This document shows positions 7,907 to 19,900 of a stretch of DNA of 64,000 nt, piece by piece. Position 1 is the stretch's first letter. The number at the start of each line of letters is the position of its first letter. The notes under the pieces were generated by a model that was not told the origin of the DNA, did no database searches, and was given only the letters and a program-made list of their open reading frames with translations. The DNA comes from Bugula neritina (Eukaryota > Animalia > Bryozoa): positions 5,658,707 through 5,722,706 of the forward strand of contig OZ037767.1 of assembly GCA_964035545.1 (NCBI GenBank), written 5' to 3'. Made by a program: the position numbers and the translations under genes.

Positions 7907-10900
7907 CTCAGGTGTAGGGTTGATCGACTCGATGCCAGCGGAGAACTCATGCTGCTGAAACTGTCTAAAGAACTTAGCAGAAGCAAACAGCTGGTAGATT
8001 TTGCGTCTTTCTGCTATGAAGTCAGCATATTCTTCAGCTGTTAGTGTTGATGTGTATGGCACCTTGACACAGTAGTCTCCTATGAACCACACCTGCAATA
8101 TTATGCAACCATTAAGCTGTATAAATAATTTATTGGCAGCAATTTACCTTACTAAACACAATGCGTGTGACAGAGAATATGAATCAAGTGCAACCCATTC
8201 CAATTAGCATATAAAATTAAAATGATAAAATGAAAATAATTGTAGTATATCAAAACAATAAATAGCTTTAAATGGGTATCAGTTGCGTGATATTTAAATA
8301 ACATCCGCCACAAAGACAACTTTTTATGCAAAATGTTATGCAGCACTACATCATAGTGCCAAGATCACACATATATATTATGCTATACAGCACTACATCA
8401 CGGTACAGATATCATATGAGATATACAGTATTACATCGTGGTACAGGGATCATATACATTATACAGCAAAGTAAAGATTACTTTAATATATCCCCGTGAG
8501 TCAGCGCTAAACAGATGTAGGTTTTTCTTGTCCACTGCCAGAGAAGTGATAGCATCCTGTGGTCTGTGTGACCCCCTGAACTGACCAAGAAGTCCACTCC
8601 TGTAATGCAAATAAGCCCTGTAATGCGCCAGCTTGGGTATGCGTCCCTTCAATTACATTCTACCAACTATACATAACACATCAACTATGCACATCTATTA
8701 TACAGTATCTCAAAGATACAGCATCTTAACTACACATAGTTCTTCTACTATGTGAATTTGTTAATTCTTCAAAAGATTAGAAAACATTAAGCAACTTGAA
8801 GTCTTAAATTATTTATGTTTAAATTAAGTTTATTAAACTATATTATTTGCGACTTCTCCCATTGACCACTAGAATGTTCTAGCAGACCCATGAAATCTTT
8901 TATTATTGCTGGAAGAATTATGACTAAGTTTTAGGCAGAAAGACACTTCTCTGCATGTCTAAAGAACCTTTCACCACTTTTATGCATGTTGATAAACAGC
9001 ATAGCATGGTAAATGTGTGAAGAAATTACTTTAATATCAACAGATATAGTATTTAGCAAGAGAAAAGGCATACCTCAATATGAAGAACATTAAAATAAAA
9101 TCAATTAAAATAATCTCAATATGAAGAACATTAAAAGAAGCATTTTGAATGACACACATGATTAGAAATACATTAAAGGTTTGTAAGATGAACTGACTTG
9201 TAGTGAATAGACCAAGCTCTTATCCACCCATCTAGTCCCCCAGCAAACACTACTGCGCTCTTCTTATCCACCTTCCTGTTGTGAAGGGAGACAAGACACT
9301 CTATACTGTTGGATGCTATCAGCTGCTGTGGCCCCTGCCATTATTTACACACAAATACCAAAATTACTATTTGACCTAGAAATTACATGAAATATATCAA
9401 AATAGATTAATCTGACATCTGGCTTTTGTGCAGAAGTTTATCAAACAGCCTATTTAACAACCCTGTACATACACTGCACATTGGTAACCTAATGTATAGC
9501 AATGAGTATAAAACAAGAGCGTGACGTCTAGTGCTCAGTGTATCATTATTTGTTTTCGGCATCTTTGGTCTTAGTCTCAAATTTTCACAAATTTCAATAG
9601 AATGTCAAATGCCAAAAATATTACCAACCGAAATGCTAAAAGACTGACAATTTAAAAGGAAATTATTGCAGTGTATTCAGTATTAAGTTTAGCACTACAA
9701 TGACTACCAACCAATAGCAACCAAGCATGTGACAACTAAGCCAATCGCAAGCAAGCAAGCAAGCATGTGACACCTTGATTGCTGCGTTAATAACGCTGGC
9801 GTTGGGACTCATGGTGAGTTTATCAGCTTCTCGGCGCCGATCCCTGAGGCTAGAGTTACGTAGTTGCCAGATCTTGTCCTTCAAATTAGGCTGATCCCTT
9901 TTACTGGACTTCCTGCCACCATTTTTATCACTAAAAGACACGGTTCACTGTAATGACTTGCTTATATTGCAAGTCGTTTGTTAAAATTTAGTAATTGGGT
10001 GTAAGAAATTGCAGGCACTAAATATTCAGTTATTGTTAAAGAAAGTTATCATCAACTATAATAGTCTGGCAGAAAAACACCAATTTTTGACTTAGGTTCG
10101 CAACCCTGGATAAAGTTTTTTTCTCTTCTGATTATTCAAATATAGGGTCTAGGTAAGTGTTTCCAGGTGGGTGTGGACTTCTTACCCTTGAGCATTTTGA
10201 GAAATTCAAGATGGCCGCCAGGCACCAGGCGATTCTTTATAATTCAAATGTATCTACCCACTGAGGCTAAATTTAAGGCTTCAATGCTTTGAAATCTTCA
10301 GAAATTGATATAATAAAGATGCATGTACCTTCATCATGTGTTTTATTGAGTAATAGGCAAATGATACCCAATGGTAACTAAGCTAAGCCTTAATCATTCA
10401 CTTTTTTAAAGTTTGATTTAGCCTTGCCGTGTTTATAATTTCCTTGCATCTCTGCATATCAGTTTGTTCTAAATTCATGAAAATTTACTATATGGGGGTG
10501 ATACTATATGCTGATTACAAATATGCCCAACAAATAAAGCTGAAAGGGGTTCTGCAAAATTGAAATGCAACGTCATTGCCATATGAGCTAAATAGCAATT
10601 TATTTCAAACTAGCATGGCTATCAAAAATTTTGTTGAGCTGCCAATTTAATAGTTATTTTCTGTTTTAAAGTTTTAGCTACGTTTTTAAAGTTAGAAAAA
10701 AAGGTGAACAACTTTGATAACACAACACCATGGCTTCTTAAAATAGTTTAATTGCTTTATTATGGACACATCGTTAATCTAAATATTGACTTTTTGCTTT
10801 CGAAAACTACTTTTACAATAAGCACATTTGACTTTTTCTTTAAAAACATTTGTAAACAGTTTTTTATGAATGAGAATCTATTTCATGCTGGGGGAAGTAA

Positions 10901-13900
10901 TACATTCATTGGAACAGTGGCCCCTTCCCCTTCCCTACCTTTTTCATACCAATCCCCTTTTATAAACGTTTACTATTAATTTCTCCCTTTCAATGACCTA
11001 TGTTGGGTGCACTGGAACAATAATGATTGAAACTGATTTGGTAAAAGTAGTTAATTTTACTTTTGGTGGTTTCCTCAAAATGCTAAATGAAAAAAGTTTC
11101 TCCTGAATGTACCGGGCCTGAGAATATTGGTGGGAGAGCTGTTGAAGTCAGTCTTTGATAAAAGTGTAATCACTAGCATGGAGGACCTTAACAAGATGTT
11201 GACTAAGATTTCAGAGAGCTGAAGAACAGCAAAACTGTGGGTCATGTGCTTTATTAGACCAATTTTTTCCATTAACACCCACATCATGGCTGATAGAGAA
11301 GGAGACTGGGCCTTACAACTAGCAATGAAAAAGGAAATGTACTTATATCTGTGTAGCATGAAGGTCATACCACAAGATGTAAGGATTGAATTTGTGGCTG
11401 GTAACCACACAATGCATCATAAACGCAGCCAGCTTAGACATGACCATTGAGGTGATTTTCGTGAGATTTGGTCACAGCAAGGGAGAATCATTGGCATCAC
11501 CACTAAATCCGAAACTCTCAAGGTGTGGGTGTATAGCACTTCTGCATGCAACAAGATACAGTAAGGCTTCAGTGACATCAGGGATGAGTCTGAAATAAAT
11601 GCTTCCACTACTCATAAGGGTGAGATGCAATCAAGAGTCCACTCTGATTCAAAGGACAGGGAGTCTGTTCAAAGATTGAACTCTGCAATGACCCACTCAA
11701 AAAAGGGTGCACAAGAAGTTAAGAAAATGTCCACCAAGCTGGAGGTTTTGTTATACAAAATGGCAATAAACTACACTGATGTATAGATATCAGACATGGC
11801 CACTGACTCAAAGACAAGAGAACAAGATAAGTGCAACTAAGATGAAGATGCTTTGTCACATTTACAATATAGAGTAGAGAGACTATATAACAAATGATAA
11901 TATAAGGAGGAGGCCAAAATAAGTCATCGCAATAGGCATGAGGAAAAGACCTCTTCAATGGTATGGACATGTGCGCCGAAGAGATAGGGAGGAAGATATT
12001 ATAATGGTGGCTGAGATGAAGATACAGAGAAAGAGAGGGAGGCCAAAGAAAAGGTTAATGAATACAGTGAAGGATGTCATACTGAAATGTGGCCTCTCAG
12101 ATGAAGATATTGACAACAGAATCAGATGACACTCTCTGATAGCACTTGGTGCCCTGCAAAACCGCCACCCATCTTAGACCACAGCTACTAGGTGAGAAAG
12201 TCCAAGACAAATTCCTATAATGGACAATTTGCTGCCGCCCCATGGCCTCTCAGGGTGTGATGTAGTGGCAACAATGTAAAATATTGGAAAAGGAGTCATA
12301 CTAAATGTCTTGGTAGAAAGAAAGTGTGATTTGGTGACACTAGGGCTTTTTTCAGGATGACTATTCATACAAGCTACCAGGTTTACGCTATGTTGCTACG
12401 CTTATGCAAAGTGTTCCTCCATGACATCTACAAAACAAAAGGCTTAGAAAACCAAGGTCAGCAATGCTATTTGCGATGTGCCTTTAGCTTATGTACTTTG
12501 CCTGCTACAGATGAAGCTATTGAACAATGTCACCAGAGCCATACGAAACTGCGGCATCAAACCCACTAGAACCGTGGCAATTTTTTACAATTTAGCTACT
12601 CTTGTGTATAAATTTTAGCCTCAAACTATTGAAATTTTAGCAAACAAAACTGAATATTTAAGGCTTTTTCAATTATGCATGATTTTCTATGCTTTTTCCT
12701 AATTTATTAGTACATTGAGATATATTATATGAACCATGATGGTTCACAAATATATATTTAGCTCCTATGACATGACGCCGCGCTTAAATGTTGCAGGACC
12801 TATTCCCAGTGTTTTTGCTATGCATAGTTAGAATCAGCAAATTCTATTACTCTATAATAGTAAGTTTTCATGAATTTTGAGTAAACTTAAAAATTTTTGA
12901 TCATAATCTGTTGATGTGTGCTAAATAAAATAAAATGGCCTAAATTCATTAAATGCTTCTGTGGAAGCCAACAATCATGCAAAACAACGAGATATAGCTG
13001 TTCTAGTACATCTATCCCATGCACAGAGTTCTGTCCTTGTGAAGCAGTAACAGGAGTGTGCTGCAATAAACTAACATGTCTAACAAATGCTAATGATAGA
13101 AAAAAAATGAGAAAGGTGGTTAATATGAACATGAGCGAAAGTTTGTCACATCTATTTATACATATGTTTCATTTTAATTTTAGCTGAGCAATATGCTTTT
13201 ATCTTTTTCACTTTTTCTTTACTGGCAATAAGCAATGTTTTTCTTTATATATCTGTCCAAACAATTATTCAAAAACCTTGTATCATTTCTCTGCACCATA
13301 TGTGATGTTTTATTGAAGCAATTTCGATTTTTGAACTGAGCAACATGTCTCTTGGTTCTTTACTTTGGTTTTATTTGCACTGGCATGGCAAATATTCATT
13401 CCAAAAATACACATCTATTTGAATCATCAAAAAATTTTTGTTTTTGCAACATAATATAGACTTTATGCCTACTAGATTACGATTTTCTCATAATTGGCGG
13501 CCATCTTGGATTTCTCCAAATGCTCAAGGGTGGCAGGTTCACACCCACCTGGAAACAGATACCTGAACCCTCAAGATAAATAATCAAAAGAGAAAAAAAC
13601 TTTATCCGAGATTGCGAACCTAACCCCCAGTTCTGCCAGACTATAAGTGTATATGTATACATGTGTGTACACACACGAGCATTTAAGTATGTGTACAATA
13701 TACAATATAGATAAAGAAAACATAAAAATGCTAGGTTACTAATCTAGCAGTAGTTAACACAGGAAAGCACACCTTTCTACCAGCTCACTGGTGGGTTGAA
13801 CAGACGTGGATCCTTGGTTCTCGGCTTCCGTAATATTACTCAGTTTCTGAAATCAAATACCACTTATGAATTAGGCAGCATACGCAAAGTTATGTGCTTG

Positions 13901-16900
13901 TAGAAAAAACACAGCCATATACAGAACGTATAACATTCATTGGCAATTATGGTGATGTTTTACTTATTATATCGGAGCTCTGTCCCTCCCCCCCCCACCG
14001 GTTGCCAGTTTACACATAGGCCACAAATGAGTGGTAGAGATTTGATACCTTTCTTTAATTGCTGCCAAATCTACACACACCTTAGTTACAATCATAGTAT
14101 TTCGGTTTTGTGGATGAACCATTCAGTGCTTTACAACTTAAGTTTGTGAAATCAGCATCAAAAGTATTTGCAATGAGAATATTAGCTGAGAATAGAAACG
14201 TGTCTTACCTTCAAGAGATTGTGTAGCTGAGGTTTGCCATCATCTGAGTTGGAGGAAATAGACATAAACTTGATTAATGCAGTCGCGTCCTTCTCCTCTT
14301 GTCCACAGGTGCAGAGTTGATGCTCTTCAAACTCCTGACTTGCAGGATCATCAGGTGAATGAATATACTTCTGACAGTTGGGGCATCTGAAAGACATACA
14401 TACGGAGGAGAGAGTAAAATATTAAATATAGTGCGACATGCAGTAGTCCATGACATGTTTGCAGATGAGGTTAATGCAAAAGAAAAGTAGAGTAGATCTT
14501 AAAGCAAATTAGAGTAGAACTCCAAGTAAAGTAAAAGTCAGAGTAAAGTAGAGTAAAGGTTAAAGTAAAAAAGTAAAATAGATGTCAGAGTCAAGCGGGG
14601 CAGGGCAAAGTAAGTGCAAATTTGGTAGTTTTTAGAAATGCCTCATATGGAATATTCATTTGCTGTCTTCATAGTCAGTAGAGTGAATCTGCGAGATACA
14701 ATGTAGTGTTGAGTTTACCCAGTAGCCTCCGTGGTGTAATGGTAGCACACTTGCTTGCAAGCCAGAGGACTTGGGTTCGATTCCCAGTGGGGGCAATTAT
14801 TTTTTATACAACTACTACATAAAAAGCAAAGCAGCGCTGTAACTGCACATTATAAGCAAAGCAAGATAGGACAGAGTAGAGAAAAGCAGAGCAGAAAAGA
14901 GTATTGTAAAGTGAATTGAAAAAAGTGAATAAAAATACATAGTGCAGACTTGATAACTGATGCATGTGCAGTAACAAGGAGAAATTGAAAAGACCTGTAT
15001 GTTCCAGATAAAAATTGATGCAATAGAAGTTATGCTCTCAAAAGAACTTCAACCCACATCTTAAATCAAAAGTTTTTAAAGGCTAAAAAAACTTAAACCA
15101 ATGAAATTTCTTTGTCACTGCACCTAAATATATAAAAAATGTAGTGTAGTTTTTTACGAATAAAATAGAAACTACCAGAAACTAACTCAAACTACTGAAT
15201 GAGCTGTTTACCTTTGCACAGTATCTTCTGCTGCTAGCTCAGTCTGAATACTCGGCTTAGCTGACAAATTCTTTAATCCTTGCAGAGCGACAGACTCATA
15301 GCTTGGGGTACCTGTTGACGCTCTAATTTCTGCGGGTAGCTTCTTCAACCACCCATCAATAGGCTGATCATTCACAGAGTGCTTCCTTTGCTGGTTTGTT
15401 TGAAGCCATGAATCAAACTCATTGGTTATTGTTTGAGCATTGACCAGATCAAGAAAACTAAAACAATATGATAAACTTTATATGCAACTTTAAAAACTCA
15501 TAGGTCTCTGCAGGCATACAAAATCTTTTTTTTAATAGTCCCACGCCTGAAGTTCTAGCATATTGAGTAGTAGAATGTTTGATTTATAACATTAAATATA
15601 ATATTTCCAACTAATAACACATGCTACACAAATACACACCTGCATATACATGCATATACAAATATAGAAATGTATATTACTTATATGTAGGAATTGTATA
15701 TATACACATACACGCACGCACGCGAACACACACATAAATTTATATAGCTTATATGTTATATAATATAAATATATATAATATAAAGAAATATATATTGCAT
15801 ATATGTATGAAATATATATATATATATAGATATATATTTAATTTACTGTAGTTTGCCCGGCTCAGCTTCTAAATTTGGGAAAATGGCTTTTCGAGCAAGG
15901 TCATATTTCTTGGCAATTAGAGAACGCTGTGACTCAACTCTCTTTGGCCTCTCTACACCCAACAGTGGCTTTATGCTTTCTGTGCAGTTTAACCTGTAAT
16001 TGACTTCAACTTTTACAACAATGGTATCTAATGCAAATGGTTTAGTCACTTCATAACTGTCATGTGTTGGTCCATTTTCAAATAGAACAGTGTGGGCCAT
16101 TTTCCACCATAAAAATATGTTTAGTTAATATCAGTACATAACAAATGCATTAGATTAAGAATAAGTTTAACTTGCCTGCAAGCTACTTGGTTAGTTTCAG
16201 TTGACCAAACCATGAGATCACCATCATAAGATGCGGTGAGCAGCACATTGGGATGATGATAGCACATTGCAAGTATATCTTCCTGGTGTTTTTTCTCCCA
16301 GATCTTGTTCATACTCTCAGTTTCATCTGCGTCAATAAAAGCAACAACCCGTCTGTTGAATCCAGCAACCAGAATCTTGCTCGCCAATGACACTATACTG
16401 GTTATCTACAACAATGTTATAGCATGTTTACAGAGACACTTTGGGTCGTATTGATAGATTATTTGAGCTAAATGTACAAATAATTTGCCTATTAGTTAAT
16501 AATCAAATTATTCTACAATTGAATGTATTATCAACAATATTTGATCAACACATTCAATATTTTATTCTTTTATTGAATATAATACCAACTATTTAAACTT
16601 AGAAGTTACTGTCTTGGCTGATTATGATGCTCAACTTAGTGTCATACACCTGTCAGTCAAGTTAGATATAAAGTGGTTGAATATCATAGGCTACAATGTG
16701 AAAAATGCATAAGAAGACTCCCAGCAATACAGATCTACGTTTGCTCTACCTAAAGGAATATTGATAATATTATGGTTAGAATAAGTTTGGCTTTATAGAC
16801 TTTTCACATATAGGGTATACTGTAATATATTGCAGAATCAAAACATTGAAATTCATCAAAGTACATGAAGTTCTAACTCATATTAAAACAAGGAGTTTTT

Positions 16901-19900
16901 TATTTGTGGTGCCCAAATTTTTTAATAATAAAAATTGTTACTATAATATAAAAATAAACACTCATATTATGAACGCAATTTATAAATTATTTTGAATAAA
17001 GAATTCGCAGTAACTTAAAACACTGCTAACTAGCCGTTTGGCTTTTGTAAATTCACAGATATATTTTCATTACAGAGTATCAATAAGAAAAATGTACAAC
17101 ATTTACAATAAGTCATAAAGTCATATATAAAGCAGTAACAGCTTGTGTTGCCATATTTATACACAATATAAGCAAAGACTGTAGAAACTGTACACAAATG
17201 AAAGTTATCCACCTGTAATATAGAAACTACTAAACATCCTTCATCTTAATTTGTCAGAATTCAACTTCAGCTAAAATAAATTTTAATTCAAACTACTTTT
17301 TGAAGCAACACTTGCAGTCATTGAAGTCAAAAATGCATTACACAAATCTTATTTTACATTAGATAAAGAATTGATCAACCAGAAACAAATTTATGTGCAA
17401 CATGTTTGTTAGACAAAGCAATATACAGTAAGGCTCAACAAAAAGCTACAACTAAAATTTATTCAACTGCTGTAGCATATCAGTTGCCATTAATAAAACA
17501 GGAAAGTAGAAACTTGGTGTTCACGACGTCTCTATAATATTGTGTCTGAGGGATAAGGTAGCCTGGTCTTCTCTTTTATTATAATTACAAGATTCCTCTT
17601 GATTGGATTGACTTTTTGATATGGCATTAGAACTACCTAAAACAAGCACGCACCAATCTATTTATCTCAATCTTACATAATTTAGATGTCAAGTAATTCT
17701 GTTACTGTAAGATCAATAAAACTGATAAGAATACTGACCAAACCGTTTCTGTCTGATAGATTGAAGATGCCGAATGAAAGATGGAGACAGGCCAGTGTAT
17801 ATCAGTGGATTACTAATGATCGTACACAGTTCAATAAACTCCACTACATATGCAGTCTTATCATAGCCAAAGGTGGCCCCTGACTCGCCCCTTAGTCCCA
17901 CTACGTAGTAGGCTATGGATGGTAAGCAGAGCATTACATAGACGATAGGCAGCACGGCGGATGCAATGGCTTCTCTGTCTTTCTAAAAACACAACAAAAA
18001 TGGTGAAGTGAGACTACTGCAAGGGTCAAGGTCTCTTTCAAAAGTCAAGATTTATTGCAAAGGTCAAGGCCTACTGTTGCCTAGCACTCCGTTTTATCGG
18101 GAAGCTTTTAAAAATATATTCTGTATAAAGACAAGCGTACACAAAAATAGCTCTTGTTATAAAAATTATTCCGTGAGTGCACTCTGTGAGGCTAACAATA
18201 ACTTGATACTTATTTTGAGACACTTGTAGCTTTTTAGTTTTGTATTTTTTATAGTTTTTGATTTATTTTCAACCTAAATTTATACATTTTTTATATATTT
18301 ATGTTCCTAATTTATATATTATTTATATTTATTTATATACCTATGTATAAATATTATATTCTATATTTTTAGTTTTCTACAGTATACAAAATATTGCATT
18401 AGCTAAAATCATGAATTCCTAAACTTTCTAATGATACAAAAAAGTGCAGGTGGAAAAACGTGCTTCAATAAACAGATAAAAGGTTTGCAACCAATTTTTT
18501 CTAGACTGTCGAAATAATCTAAAATACGGTGATAGTACTAACTTTGTTAGATTGACCAGAGAACTTGGAGTTACTGCCAAAGGTAGCCAGTCGGTCTCTC
18601 TTTCTCTTTACCAGAACATAGATGATGGCAGAGTAAGAAGAGAGTATCACAATATTAGGGATAACCATGTTAAACATCAATACTGACCACCAAACAAACT
18701 ACAAGCAGTTATGTAAACAACAAACTGTACAAATTATAAAAAGGTACATGTCAAAACAATTATATCTAAATTCATGAATGGCTGTTTTAATTATGTTAGC
18801 ACTTAATGCATTTGCCAGTTGTTAGATAGCAAGAGACTTTTTAAATAGGTTTGAGCTCATGATACTTTTTAAGAAAACAACAGTTCTTTTACCGTTTTCA
18901 AGTCAAAAGAAGAGCTGCTTTCGAAAAAACAAATTTCTTTGTGAGCAGTGCATCCAAGATGGCCGTCAGAAGGTTCTAGATATATGGGTTGGAAAAACCC
19001 AGGATTCTGATCAAGCATCGTTCTGTTTGGTTTCAACTGTACTTTGTCTATCAGAAAATAAATTCATAAGCCTACACTATAAATGAAAAATAGAAAGCCA
19101 ATAACTTTGGTTGAAATAGTTGTACAATAAAATGTGCATACACTGGCAAACTGTATGTATTAGCAATTTGATGATAAGATTAGCATTAGATAAATTTCAA
19201 GCTCAACTTTATGTAGTAGTTATATACTAACCAGTGCTACAAAATACTGCTGAAGGAACTCCAGTGCAGATCACAAGAGTCCAGGTAAATATTATACGAG
19301 CAAAGTTCACAGAGGTAGAAAATGGACGTAACTTAGCTGCCATCAATGGCCATCTTACAGCTATTAGTCTGCAAAAGATAACAACCAGTATAAATTGAAA
19401 ATCTTCAACAAAATAAATATACTAGCTACAGTTCAAAAACATAAAGAAATAAACTATCAGCCAATTATCTACATACATGCCACTCATTTGTAAATATGAA
19501 GATTCAACATGAATATTTGGTTCAACTGACTACATATAGTATTTAGTTCAACTTATATCTATATTGTATGGTCTTTAGCTCAGCTGACTATATCATATAG
19601 TATTTGGTTAAACTGTCTATAGGCTATTATATTGTCTCTGGTTCAACTGTCTAGTATATTTTGACAATTAAAATAAGTTTACTATATAATTATTGCTGAA
19701 GAACAAGAAATAAGTCAGTTTTAAATCAAGTTTTAAGCATTTTTAAATCTGCAATAAACAAAACTCAAACCAAGGCATATTCTACTCCACAGCTGAATGT
19801 AGGCCTTTCTAAAAAGAGTATAATTTAAAAACGAGTGGAATGATTACAATTACAATGACAATTACCACTACTAGTTTTGAACTTATTTTTTCTGCATGTG

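Noticed and set aside
14725-14795. Functional tRNA-Ala or tRNA-Cys gene
   Set aside because: The anticodon stem is mismatched with a 6-nt loop, so no anticodon can be assigned.
17713-17982. Opsin identity for the GPCR
   Set aside because: Position 7.43 is Leu, not the retinal-binding Lys.
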